DNA from: Eutreptiella sp. 'Long Island Sound 2002'
Lineage: Eukaryota > Protista > Euglenida
Length of the DNA stretch: 64,000 bases
Direction: 5' to 3'
Assembly (NCBI GenBank): GCA_964036045.1
Contig: OZ038378.1
Coordinates: 120,776,001-120,840,000, forward strand
Shown: in pieces, positions 20,871-34,105 of the stretch
Layout of the letters: each line of letters opens with the position of its first letter
Position numbering within the stretch: the first letter of the stretch is position 1
Notes under the pieces: generated by a model
Databases searched by the model: none
What the model was told of the DNA's origin: nothing
Seen by the model: the letters and a program-made list of their open reading frames with translations, nothing else
Made by a program: the position numbers and the translations under genes

Positions 20871-23800
20871 CTCTGCAAGCAAGTCTTGTTGGGATTCAAG
20901 TAGTCTAGGAAGTGTGTGAACGGCCAATGTACTCCAAAAGCCCATGCCACACAGCGTCCTCCAACCTTTGCAATGCAGCAAGCTCTTCCCATGCAGCATG
21001 CATGGTATTGTACGATGCAAATGGATGTCTGCATCGTGGTATTACCTCCTGCCTTGAAGGTGTCTTTTCCCCACCCCAGGACGCCATTTTCTTGTCCTGC
21101 AGTTTTGGCATTTGAAGCTAGATCACGAGCCAAACCGCCTCACAAGGGTTGAATAGCTCTTGAAATGCCTTGCTTTGTGCCCGAAGGAGAGATGTTGATG
21201 AGAGCAAATGTTCATGCACTTCATTGAAAACTTTGCGGCCATGTGTACCCTAGAAGCTCCTTGAGGTCATCTGCGAATTCTTGATTTGCCACTGTGTGTG
21301 GCCCATAGCAGGTCTTCAGCAATGCAAGCAACGAATCACTTGCCATAAATGCACAAAACAGGCTGAATAAGTCCTATTGCATACCCATATGTAGCCTTCG
21401 TTCCTTCGGGATGGGAGAAACTCATGGGTACTTTCACCGCCCAAGGAGTGAAACACCCCACTTTCAGTAGTATTTTCACCCGTTTGACCCCTTTCACCGC
21501 ATTAACAAAGCGGTGACCCTTCCACCACATGAACAACGTGGGGGACACAACATTGTGGAAGACAATTGTCACCATTGGGTGGCATGCTTTACCTTTAGTG
21601 GTGGGAACTTGCAAATGTGCTGCCAAAGTGATAATCTACTATATGTCGCGTGTAGAAGCCACCTTGATGAACCACATTACATGCATATTCGTCATTGTAG
21701 AGTCGTGTATCGTGGCCAAGCTTGCATTTCCCCATGACATGCACATTCGTCATTACATAGTCATGCATTACCACCAAGCATACATTTCACCAAGAGCAGC
21801 AATGTGCGAACGGCCTATTGAACAGCCATGCATCTCTCCATCAATAGCACAGTAATCAATGAAAATTGTCACGTTCGAAGGGTCATAGAGCATCGGGTGA
21901 ACGAAGCCCGGGTCAAAGGCATCGACGTCTCATAGAAGTAGATCCGTTCATAGTAATACGCCCTTTGGATGGTTAGCTCCGTAACAATAGTACAAGAGTC
22001 GAAGACTTGAGTGCGGACGGTGGTGGGTGGAAATTCCAGTTGAACGCGCACACTATCGGCGTGATCCATTGCCGTCCCGACCTGCACATAGGCATTGGGA
22101 TACCGGCACTGCAATGGGATGTTGGCACTCATGGTGTATTCCAATAATCCCTAGGATGTTGGACACAGGTGCATGCATGCAATGAATAGGTTTGTGCCTA
22201 AGTGAACTTGCAGAGCATAGTTTGCCGTCCTTGCTGTTTACTCAAGCTGTCAATAGTCAAACATTCATGTTGGCCCTAGCTTTCATTAGTAAAACATACA
22301 TGTTTCACCGTTGTACTTGATGAAAGCCTATTCACAGCGGCAACATCATACCCACGGAGCCTTTTTTCGGTGACAGCCATGGCGGCATGTGCATCTATGC
22401 ACACGTCAACTTTATATGTTGCAATAGCTAGCCACAGAGAGGCTTATTCAAATTTCGAGGTGTGTTTATGTCGGATTCAACATCGGCCTTACTGTAGTGG
22501 CAAGGCTGTTCATTTGAGTGGTTGAATTCACTTGCTTCACCACTTTCACCACTTGTTGCACCAGAAGACAAGCTGCGCCTACCGCAGGGACACGCTCGCT
22601 GGGGGCAAGCTGCGGCAGCGCAATCTACCATCTTTAGCACCAAAACTGTTAGAATGTGCATGGAGGCGTTGATTAGCATTCAATGTAGTGGATCTATTTT
22701 GTTCCGTGGTTGTGCCCACATCCCGGGCTTTTGCTATGGATATCCGCCGATATCCTAGGGCCCTTCTCATGGATGTAAGAGCGATTGCTCTGTATAGACC
22801 CCCCGCAAAAAAGGAAAGGTGCTATCCTCTTTGTTCTTATTGTTGCATGTTCTCGTTGGCTCCCACCAAAACAAGGCTTGAACTAGACGGCTTGTGTACA
22901 ATTTGAAATCACACGAAACTTATTGTGGCGTGGTGCCCATTTGCTCTCCAATTGTTTGGAGAAACCTGGATGCTGCGCGTTATTGCTACTTGGTGCCGCC
23001 TAAATGCGTTGCTCAACATGGACGCTTGCACCATCGAAGAATTGTGTATGCAAAGTTTCCGTTGACCCCAAGTCTGCAAGTGCACAAAACACTCCAACTT
23101 CTTCGCTATCTTAATATTGTTGAGAGCTGAGGGGGGGCACAAGATTCTGCCGATTTCGACTGTGATATTCTATAACCTTCATCTACGAACTGCTATTGAA
23201 CGAGAGCAAAGAGGGAGATATGGGAGGAAACTATAACGAAGTGCTTCAAAGTGCTCCAAAGTGATCTGAGTGCAACACAATGCAAAAGGGGCTAAACAGC
23301 TCAATAACATGGTAACCTACCGAGACCACAACATTGTGATGCGGGAAAACACGACCGGTTTGAGGGTTATAGGAGGCGGTATCCCCCACACCAGGGTGCA
23401 CTAACAGATCCAGAGAGGAGGAGGAAGACGGATAGGACGCGTCGCGCTTGTCCTTCCCGTTTTCAATTTGGACAAAGCATGGGAGATGATTTGCCATTAT
23501 TGAGATAGGGTATTCCATTCCTGCACTACCGATTGCATTTTTCTATCACCACCTCTTGATGCATTATGCGAATCATTTTGGGCTCGACATCCTCCACATC
23601 ACGGGCGCGTTTCGGTTAGTCATTAAAAGCTTCCCCAATGACATCACAGGCCGAAGACATGCTTTGTGCCAAAAGAACAAGCAATCACTAGGTTGTCCAA
23701 GGATTGTTAACATGCACACCACCACAAACGTCAGTCAAACACGAAACACAAACGTCGAATTGCATTGGGGTTGTCCTCAATCGTTGTAAAGGTGTTGCTT

Positions 23801-24689
23801 GCGTAGAATACACCAAACATAGACAAAGTGAAGTGCTTCAAACGATTGGCAAAGACTAGTGGGACCGCTCTTCTGTAACCAGTTGCTGCTCAACTGTTTT
23901 TCCTCAAGGCCGGTCAGACCGGCTTGTTTGTGTACTCTTTGCCAACAGAACTTTTGAGTGCACTCGGTAATGGTCATGCTGGGCAACACGGTACCCAGGG
24001 ACGTTGCCCCACTGGTCCTCTCAATACCATTGGCCGCAACACGCTTGTAATCCTATCTGGACACGTCGGAGCCTTTTTGAAGTACTGTGCACCTCTACAG
24101 GGGGTACTAGGTGAAGCCCAAAACGTCCCCTAGGACGCCCCGGCCGACGTTTCGTGCCCTAATGAAAAGGACACCCCCTTTGTCTTACAGAGTCGTTACG
24201 GAGATATCTTTGCTAATATCTCTGAGGATCTCTTGCTAGCCGTCCGTTTTTTTTTGGCGCAGTGTGTATGATTTTGCCCTAAAGTGGGAATCACACGATT
24301 CTGTAGGCGTCGCGGGGAGGGGGCCATCACTTGCCAGTGAACGTTCTCCCTCTTGCGCAAAGGCGCATCCAGAACGTTTACTTATGCCCTACTGGGTGCG
24401 GAACATACTAAGTGGATTGACCATGCATCCCGGAATGCCTCCTACATGTGGTGTTCCCAACTCCCTGCGCTCGTTTTCAAAAGGATATCGCATTCTTTGT
24501 TCTTGGATAACTTGATTGGGGTGCATCGTACGAAGGTGTGCACAAGAAGCCCCCCCTTCTAGCGCCCCTTTTGCATGTCTATCCAAGCCTCACCACCTTG
24601 TGTGGCCCAAAAATGGTTTGGGGTCAATCATCACATGTTTACACGCCTTATGGTGGCTGATTTGCACCGTTGCCCGAAATGGTGCATTT

Positions 24690-24905
24690 TCCTAGATTTT
24701 CTACACACACCCCTCTTGCGGAAAGGGGGATTCTATCACCCTTTCTGCACTCTTTTTGCACCCTTCGTGCACTGTTTTTGCGGCCCCCTTTCTGCGCTAA
24801 GAGCCCCTTCCTGCACCCATTCTGCACACCTTTTGTATGCTAGAACCCCCTTTATGCTAGGACCCCCTTTATGCACACTTTGTGCGGGGGGTTTCCGTGC
24901 CAAGG
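24690..24905 (+). repeat. Pyrimidine-rich CCCCTTT/CTAGAACCCC low-complexity cluster
   Basis: ctagaaccccctttatgctaggaccccc and similar units downstream of transposase copy 3. Confidence 0.55.
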
Positions 24906-25109
24906 CCTTTTGCACGAAGGGCACCAAATGCATCCACCAGGTTCAAATGTGGTTTCTCACGCAGACATGCATTGCCTTTTTCTTCGGATCCTCCTGGCTC
25001 TGCCAAGGGCAAGCCTCTGCCGAGCCGCTCGGTGTTAGAACCGCACGTCAAGGGTCTCCATGTTCAAAACGTGCGCGAGACCACGTCGTGAAACGTGTGG
25101 GCGGCGGAG

Positions 25110-26226
25110 GCACCGCCCACGCATGCCGTTTTTGACAGCTAGTTTGAAATGCTTATGCCTGTGTTCCGCAGGTATACTGCTAAACACATAAAGGTTGCAA
25201 TATTTTTGGAGCACCGTGCCACAATGGGCCACTGTCCGGTCCACCCATGGGGTTGACTTCCAACCCAATTTCAGCCATGCCTCACCGATTTTGCGACAGT
25301 GAGCCCTGGCCTCTTTCACCTGACCATGGGTCAAGGGTGTCTTTTACCTCCACAAGGCATATAGGCTACGCATGTTGTGCAGGCACACTTCAATAATGGT
25401 CCACAAAAGGACACCACCGAACATGGTGTTCGGAAAACGGTTCCTGAGGCCATTAACAAGTCGACCATGGTATTTGGAGTTGGTTAAAAACAACATGGAG
25501 GTGCTGATATCAAACTACCCTGCTTTGGTGGTTCTTTGGAAAAGCCTATCCGCAGGAGCCACATGCTTTACATACGCTAGCAGGCCAGACCAAATATGAG
25601 CAAAGTCACCGGCGATTCGCTCTACTTCAACAACACCCAACATGAGGGTGGCAATAGTTTCTGTCCGGCGCTTCTTGAAAGCTTTGGTTACCCTACAACT
25701 TGGGTGTGCATAGTCCCCGATACGAATGCAGAAACTTCGAAGAAATGTCCCCCAGTAAACTTTGTGGACCGCGTCCTCTATCCGAAGAACGGCAACCCCA
25801 CCAACATTTCCCCCCACCTTTGGTCACGAGCACTAGTTTACCATGCCCGGTTGGTTTACATTGAAATTTTTTGGACTCGTTGTTCACATAAAATGTACAA
25901 TTTCATTAAAGATGGATGATTTGGGTATTTAGGCCCGCATCCTCATCTAAGGCCTGCCGCCATGCAACGTCATTAGGGTCGTCCAAACACAGCCACATGA
26001 GCCATTCATGGATGTCCCGCGCAGCGAAAAACCCCGAGCCCCAGTAGTTTACAAAAAGGTAGATCTTCGTGACCCATGTGTGCACGAATGCCATTGCATC
26101 GGGGCACACTGAAACCCAAATACGCTCAGTTTCCACTGGAAGCTCTCCTAGGCTGTCGGCCATCTTAAGCTGCGTGAGAACACGGTCTTCCATTGTCTTT
26201 GTCGCTGCGCAGCGCAGCTCCACCAT
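25110..26226 (-). mobile_element. Degenerate DDE transposase, Transib/RAG1/Chapaev-like (copy 3, most divergent)
   Basis: IWVSVCPDA (D1 ~26098), FQCKPTGHGK..GGGKCWW (D2 position reads His, ~25843), RIGDYAH (DxxH ~25704-25718) and TPWVDRTVAH..NLYVFSSIPAEHRHKHFK (E ~25164). Confidence 0.65.
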
Positions 26227-26639
26227 GTTGGGGCTAATGATACCGCAAGTTGTGGTGGAGTATGGTGTTAATCTTGTGCGTGCTTCCGCAAGATCACGAT
26301 GCGTTCATTCCCACGGAAGGGCCAACATCTGGCGTATTGACAACTTCAATATCTTACCTGTGGCCCAAAGTCCAATTGCGTGCACTACACGATGGTCCTC
26401 ATCGTCGCAGCACCCGGCGAAACGGATGTACAATCCCCCACCACCCTCTGCAACAGCTGCTTATGGATCAACTAAAAGTTCCCCATGATGGTCTTTGTGA
26501 GGTGTTGCTGGTTTGCCCGTGCCTTCCCCTTGATGGCCGTGTGTGGCTTCAGCTGTGGTATGCTCCCTAGAAGAGCGGCAATGGCCTCTTGCATGGTTTC
26601 CGTGACAAATGGGACATTAGGCACCGCTGGAAGGCACAC

Positions 26640-26830
26640 TGGAAGCCGTTGCTAGAACCCCTTTCTTCGCCGGAACTCTCTGCTGGAACCCTTGAAGGAA
26701 CCCCTTCTAGCGTTGGCGTACCGTTTGAGCGCTGGAGCCCTTTCTGGCACCCCTTTAGGCACCCCTTGCAGCACTGGGACCCTCGTCCCCCCGTTTCACC
26801 TTGCTCTAGCATTGGGACCCCCCCCCCCCC
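26640..26830 (+). repeat. GGAACCC/CTAGAACCCC cluster between ORF remnants
   Basis: gctagaaccccttt...ctggaacccttgaaggaaccccttctagcg. Confidence 0.6.
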
Positions 26831-27454
26831 CCTCAAGGTACAGGCATAGGCAGAGTGAAATACACTGCTCGGTTGGTTAGTCGGTCACCAATGTTCTATT
26901 TATCGATGTAATATTTGTGGACAACGTTGCCAAAGGGTTCCACCCTGCACCCCAAGGCCCCACCCCTTGACTTGAATTCCTTCGGAAATTACAGAGAATA
27001 GAATACTATAGTAGAATTTTGGTCCAACGACACACTGCACCATCCATTGAGTCCTCATGGTACATGTGATACGAACAAAATCACTGCAGCCCCCTCCCAA
27101 CACCAAACACGAACTCGGCTCCCTTCTTGCCTTGTGCGCCCATAATGCGGACCACAAACGTGCACGAGACCTTCATGCTGCTCGCTGTCGCCACATTGAG
27201 GTCTAGACGCCCATACCATGGGGTTTCTCCAGACTAGAACATGAGCCCCCCGGGCCTTGCTTCCACACTCACTAGCCAGGTCACCACGTCACGGGCTTGC
27301 CACGCAGCCAACACCGCATCCACCACGGCTGCCGCGGCACTTGCATTGGCCCCTCTCGCCTCCGGCTCGGCCACCACCTCATCGCGGTTCACCATTTGAG
27401 GCTAACCATCAAAAGTTGCCTAAAAGAGGAACAACTTGAGGTGGTACAACCCGG

Positions 27455-27665
27455 GTTGCAACCACTGCTAGAACCCCCATTGGAACCCCCGCTGCAACCT
27501 TGCTGTAACCCGCCCTTCCTGCGCTACAACCCCCTTCTAGTGGACCCTTCCAACGGATCCTTCCAGCGATGGAAGCCCTTTATGTGCCTTCGTGACATCC
27601 TTGCAACAGACTCTTCTAGCACTGGAACCCCTCTAGCACCCCTTCCTACGGCCTTCCATCACCCC
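27455..27665 (+). repeat. GGAACCC/CTAGAACCCC cluster between ORF remnants
   Basis: gctagaacccccattggaacccccgctgcaacc...ctggaacccctctagc. Confidence 0.6.
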
Positions 27666-29294
27666 CCCCCCCAACGCAAGTTTTCCCTAAGGTTTTGGCC
27701 ACGGGGTACTCCATGCACGTACCTGTTGCCAAGGGCACCAGTGTTCCTTTGGGCTCTGAGGGTTGCCCACCAGAAGCCTCGATTGGACCAGGACGGAGGT
27801 GGTAACGACTCGTGGGTGGCTGCTTGCCACATCCCATCGCAAGACTTGGGCGGCGGAGGGGGCGGGGTCCACATCGTCCTCCACCAGTGCAATCCCACTC
27901 CCTTGGTCTTTGTGCACCACCATCAAGCTGCCCCGCAGCGCGGCAACAACATGGAACTTACTTAGTCTCGCGGCTGCCAACTCCTCCATGTCGTGGACAA
28001 CCGGGCCCACGGGACAATCTTGAGAGTTGCAAGGTTGGACGGACACGTCGATCACGGGGCCAGCCAAAATCTCTGCTCCGAGTGGCCTTGGGCGATGGGT
28101 CGTGTACATCACCGTTTGGTCCAAGGGCATCATCAGCACAGCTGCAAACAAACATAGATCCTCCTCCACAATCTTCTGCATACCCTCATCGACTTCCTCT
28201 GCTTCCTCGACATCCTTCAACAGCCACGGACATTCCTTTGGCTACTAGCACAACGATCTTGTCCAGTCTCGATTTTTGTGCAAAGTGTGACTTTATGTGA
28301 AAGGTCGGGTCAAGGTTATTTGCATGCGGCAGATCTTTTGGTTTTGGTGTTTTTTGATGATTGTATGAAGTTTTAGAGTTTCACATGAAGACCAATTTGG
28401 CATACCACGAGAGTGGTCTAGACCGTTCTTTGTGCCCAGTAGAACGAATCGGGCTGTCAGATGAGTTTGCGCAGCTCACCATGCTTCACACAATATGCAC
28501 GTACAACACACATACAAAGTGTGTACACAAACACCACGTACTCCACACTTTCTATGGGTGCTTCCCCAAGATTCTCGAGGTATTGGAACGCCTTAACACC
28601 ACATTATGGTCATGTAAATGTAGATTATTTGTGACAGATCATCTGATGCGGTTTGTTCAGGGATCGGTCCACAACGTTGTACTCGGGTCTCCGATTCAAC
28701 TGAAATAAACGGAGCGTTCGGACTCCTTCGTCTTTACGTTGCAGTTTATGGTTGGGCACGTGTTTTGTACTCTGTTCGCAGCCTTCTTTGGTGCCCGTTT
28801 TGTTCGTGTGCAATTGCCTTTCCTTACTAGCCATGTGTGTGTTTATGCGTGCTCTCTAAAGGACTATAGGCCAGTACAATAGTGTAATACCCTTTCCAAT
28901 GTAGCAAATTCAGTTTTTGGCATTTCACGCAGTTCGTACGAAGATTGGTCTGCACCCGTGTGGACCAGTCTCCTTCCACACTCAAATCAATGGGGCGGTG
29001 CGACTAGTTCGTGCAGTTCTTGCACTTTGCCACTTTGCAAGATTTGTTCTCACCTTTTGTGTTTAGTTTCTGCTTTGCCATGCCCACAAAAGCCCCTGCC
29101 AACTCCCTCATGCCACCAAGGATGGTAACGTGGTTCCCCAGTCTCTTCACGAACATTGAAAAAGGTCAATGGGTTGTTTTTTTGAAGAAAGGTTTTTATG
29201 GGGCCCGTTTTAGTGGGTTGGTGTCAAAGGTTGAGAAAGGGAAGGTGATGAAGATCAAAACGGAACTGTGAAAGGGTAACAACACAAGGGTGAT

Positions 29295-29911
29295 GTGGTG
29301 TTTGAGGTTGAAACGGTGGTGGGAGTTGCCTTATCCAGAAGGGTGCCAAGGCAAAGTCCGCCAAGGAGAGGGTGCAACAACCGTCTTCCGGGAGTCAGGC
29401 GGAGAGGTCCAAGGGGACATGGGATGGGGATGTGGACGAGGTTGAAGAGGACGAGGAGGGGGAGGAGGATGTCAACAAGGGGTCAGTCGTAGACGAGGAC
29501 CCGTTGGACGAGGAGAAGGAGTAGAACCCGAAGAAGCAAGAAAACGTTCAGGAAAGGCGCACGAAAACCCTGCAGCAAGAGTTTTTCTAGGAACAGGAGG
29601 ATCAGCCAAGGGGGGATTCAAAGAGGGGGCGCAAGGCCTCACAAGAATAGGATGCTACCCTCACTGACAGGGAGGTGGTTCGTGTCAGCAACGCGTTGGA
29701 ACCATATGGTGTTTCAATAGACTGAGTGGGGACTCATGTCAAGTTGTGTCCCAAAAAGAACGTGCATGCTAGGAAGCAATTGGCGGCCGCGTTGAGGCAG
29801 CTATTGGAGTTGCCCGACAATTTGCTGTGCTTTCACCTGTTTCGTAGGAGCAAGTACATCCCCACGCCCATGAACGTGGTGTGCAGGCTCCGCAGCCAAG
29901 CCTACAAGTAG
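29295..29911 (+). pseudogene. Acidic ORF remnant of unknown function, bracketed by ~34-bp inverted boxes
   Basis: VEEDEEGEEDVNKGSVVDEDPLDEEKE*...HVKLCPKKNVHARKQLAAALRQLLELP, with internal stops. Confidence 0.35.
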
Positions 29912-32900
29912 AAGGATTATGCAAGTTTACGTTTCTTACGCCAGAATTGCATAAACAAATCAAACCAGTTGCACCGCTCAGTGCATCACAATTTGTGCAT
30001 TTTGCTCGAACACCGTTCCAGACCGGCGCAGACCAGTCTTCGAACGAAGTGAAATTAACCGCTCGGTCCGGCCAGTTCGAGTAGTTCACCTCATTGTATA
30101 CTCTTCTTGGTGTGTTGCCTGTTGCAGAGGACTACTTGCGGAACATCACCAAGTGTAAGGTATGTGGTGTCAAGAAAGAAGAACAACCCCATGACTACCA
30201 TCCCTACTTCCCACCACACGAGCCAAGCTCCCCTTGTCCCGCCACGCGGCACAACCCCCTGACCAGCGCGAACCCGTGCCCCCCGTCCAAACCCATCCCA
30301 TTCAGGCAAGCGGTTCCTAGACCCACTCACACCCCGGCTTGCGGAGCTATCAGCTGCGGATGTGCGCCACCGGTACAAGTTGTTTTGACGTGAGCGTTGT
30401 CAGACGGAGCCGGAGTTGACTAAGGTACACCTTTGTGCCCTCCCGGCGTCAATTTTTCTTGTTCAATGGACCACGTCCCTTTATGCCCATAGGTGTGACC
30501 AAGGGAGCTGCCGGATGCCAGTTGAGAGGAACCCATGGAGATGACAAGGAGGGCCAAGGACCTCTGGGCGGAGATGTAGTCCGTCCCTTGGTTTGCCCGC
30601 CAATGGGAATGCATGGAGGAGGCAAAGGATAAATGGGCCTTGTGGAGGTTTGTTTTCGTATTTGTCACGGTTTGCGCTGTTGATCCAAAGACCAATCTAG
30701 ACCAGTCTTCGTGCCAACTGAAACATACTGTCCCGCTGCATCATTTCGATGTGTTTATACGGTTTGTCCACAGGTGGGCAAGAAGGCTTCCTGTGCTGTG
30801 CCATTGGTCACCCCCTGCCACCAAGGCGCCCATGTCTGGCAGAAGCGAAGGCATCGCGTACCCGGTGTTGTGGCCAACTAATGCACATTTGCACCACGCG
30901 TTGATGTGTGCAACGAGCTATGCCGGCAACACCGGGAGCAGCACGGGAAGGCCTTGAACGGCATGTTGCTGCGCATGGCATCTAGCAATGCATTCACCTC
31001 ATGCAAAGTGTAGAAACTTCGTGCGGAAACCATGCGCGGTTGCAGTGGCTCCTCATGCGGTACATCTTTTCAGCCCAAATAAGTGTCGTGCAAGCAAAGC
31101 ACCTTCCCATCCGTGCCAACCGTGGCACATGCATGTGCTGTCGGGGCCGCACATCGCTGTGGAAATGCCAAGGTTGTGGTGTTTTGTTGCACATTGATCG
31201 CTTTGCGGAGTACCATCAGTCCTGTTGAAGGATGGTCATATGTCAAGGGGGGAACTGCTCCATTGTGAAGGTCCCGCCGAAACTTACAGCTAACAACCCC
31301 GAATGCGGCCACCCCTCGACGGCTGTAGTTGGGCATGGAAGGCATTTGTATGTGGCACACACAGACAATCAGATGCAAGCACACAAATACACATACGCCA
31401 CATACACGCACGCACGCATACACACACACAAAAATGCTCTGAAGTGAAATGGATTGCGCAAATTGATCACATCGCTTGGTTTAAGGGGTGCCATGTAGTT
31501 GGTACAAAAACTAGACCACACAATAGAGACCTAAAGTTTATGGTTGGGGTCCGCCGCAACAAAGTTTCCGCACAAACCCTTCCCGTTTTCGGTACTACTA
31601 GAACCATATTGTGCACGCGTTTACGGTGCCTAATCAGTTGGGGATGGGATGGGGATGGGGATGAGTGGGGATGGAAGGCACCACCCTCTTCCTCGCAGGC
31701 CACAAGCCCACCAAGAAGAAGGCCGGGAAGGACAAGTACCCCTTCAAGCACACCCACCTGACACCCTCCGCAAAGTGGTGGACGGCAAACACGTCATGTC
31801 CCTCCCCATTTACTCCCTCGCAAGCCACTGTGTAGTGGAAACACTTCCGACTGGCAATCATGAAGCTCCTTGTAGAACTGTCCGTGCAGGCAAAAGCGGA
31901 TTTAAAGTCGGTGGTTATCAGACTGGAGGATGGTGGTTCTGGGAAGTCTACTGAGGACATTGTAGACGACGAAAGTCCAAGTCTCAGAATTATCCACGGC
32001 GGCACTTGCTACGGTGTACCAAGGGATGTGCTGGGCCTTCCATGCTGTGAGGTGTGTACTGCTTGTCATACTCATACTGTGTCTTTCGGGAAATGCATGC
32101 ATTGGGTGAACTTGTAGCAGCCGTTTGAACCATGCTACTGTAAACAACTAAACAGTGCGGCCTTGTGTCTACAGATCCTTGTAGAGGTTACTGGAGATAA
32201 ATGTGAGTCCATTCCCCCCTTGATGGGTAAGTATTTGCAGCCCGACGTACCTTTGGTGGCAACATGCACACATTTGGACATTCGGAATTTCAAGGCAGAG
32301 TGAACAAGACAGGAGGCAATGGACGGCTGGCATTATGTGGAGAGTACAATTTACGATCTGGGCACTTCGCACGCGGTGCACACCATTCGCTCATGTTCTG
32401 TGCTATTTGCCACACCAGTTAAATTTGCCAAAAAAGTTCCATCCTCTTTTTTGGGTCGACCACGGTCTGCTGAGCTCCAATATTACCCTGCCTGCTGCTG
32501 GTTATTTCCTTCAGAGTCTGGGCCTTGTACCTTCCGAAACACGCATGCCTGATGAGATGCCCTGGTCGTTAACATTTATGTCTGCACAGGCCTGGCAGCC
32601 CAACTTTTCCGTTCTTTGACTGAGTCTGTTTCATTGTCAGTCTGCTTCACTGGTATACCTGCCGCCTCTATTGCTTTTACACAGAGTGTTGCCAATTGCG
32701 TTAAGGACACTCACAGCCTTTACATTGCTGACGGGGAACGGTGGTCTGCTGATATTTGTGATGGTAGGAAGCTTAAGGTACTGACAGGTGAATCTTAGGA
32801 GGTGGATGATGATGATGATGATGGGGAGGATGTGGGGATGGAAACACCATCCAAGAAGCGGCCGAAGGCATCTGTAGCCGCCGGTACAGCTACCACTCCC

Positions 32901-33528
32901 CCCCCCCCCCACAAGAAGGGCAGTGCAAAGCCCAAAGCATCCCAAGGGAATGCTCTGTCCGCCCTGCAAGGCAAGGATGTGAAGGGTACGCGTACCAAGG
33001 GATAATATAATCTACTGTATGTATTTTTTTGGCGTTTGGGCGTCTTCCAAAGAGCGACTTGCAAGTCGCTCTTTTCGACGAAAAACAATCATCATCACTA
33101 AAGCATGGGAGCGCGTGACCACAAATCGAAGGTGGCTTACCGGCACAAGTATGTCGTCAATGTGCAATACAAAATGCATAACTTGCCTAAGCTCTACTCC
33201 TACCCCTTCGATGACCTTCCACCTTGGACCTAGGACCCTCGGCTAACGTACATGGCCCTTCTCAGTCCTCAGACGCCATGCTAAGACTCTCATAGAACTT
33301 TGGACGGTAGCCAAACGGACCGGATGTCCATTTCAGTGGGGATAAAATTCAAAACAGCAAGGAAAGGAGCGGATGTGTGCATAAAAATTGTCAACATCAC
33401 ATTCGTGCAAGGTGTGGAGGTGGCTTGTGGCACGGCCGAGCACCGAATGAGAAAAGGGGATTTTGTGTGTTCCGAAGTTCCAAACAACATGGCACCAAGC
33501 AACCACAATACAAAGATATCACATTATT

Positions 33529-34105
33529 GATACCCTCTCCCATTAAATCTACCGATGCCAAGCTCGATCCCAACACTCTAAGCTCTGTGTTACTCTAGGC
33601 AATCTAGACCCTTGCAAAATCGCGGCTTTGAGCCAAAAACTCACCAACGGCAGCCCTAGGCGGGGGCACAAAGTCTCAAAGCCCCCCCCCCCATTTCTTC
33701 GCGTGTCTATGCCTACCCAAACCGGCCATTTTTGCGCAAAAAACATCCAAATTTAAGAAAAGTGGAATGTGAACTTCACATGTAGCTTGACTTCCTCGTG
33801 TCCAAAGCGCCTTTGGTGCCCTATAACTCCATGATATGTCCAACAAAACCCCCAAAGAGACTCTACAAGCCGTACAATGTGCGCAAAAGGACCAGAAACC
33901 CCAAACCATGAAGAGGTTGTATCTTGGACAACGCTGCTTCATACCTGGGTCCAAGGGCACCTAGGTCCCCCCACACCACATTTTGGGGATTTCAACTTCT
34001 AAAAATCGGAAACATACACCCCCGTGCCGGTGCCCACTAGGCTAGCTGCAAGCCTAAAACCAAACGGGGTGGTGCCCAAATGGGGCAACGTGGCCTATCG
34101 GAGTA
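33529..34105 (+). mobile_element. Old, diverged, 3'-truncated copy of the TA-associated element family at 56490-61535
   Basis: ataccctctcccattaaatctac matches the family 5' end acacccctctccccttaaatctag. The segments cttgcaaaatc..gagccaaaaactcacc and gggcacctaggtccccc are colinear with the young copies. Confidence 0.6.

Noticed and set aside
21290-21296. RSS-like heptamer CACTGTG upstream of transposase copy 1
   Set aside because: It lies in coding-like sequence with no partner or nonamer, and the 7-mer occurs several times elsewhere in the window.
25372-25919. Plus-strand ORFs over transposase copy 3
   Set aside because: The minus strand carries the ordered DDE motifs, and the plus-strand frames show no recognisable features.
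28480-28620. Cys-rich segment resembling a piggyBac tail or KDZ CxC motif (minus strand)
   Set aside because: It overlaps a GT/AC-rich stretch that generates Cys by composition, and no associated catalytic motifs were found.
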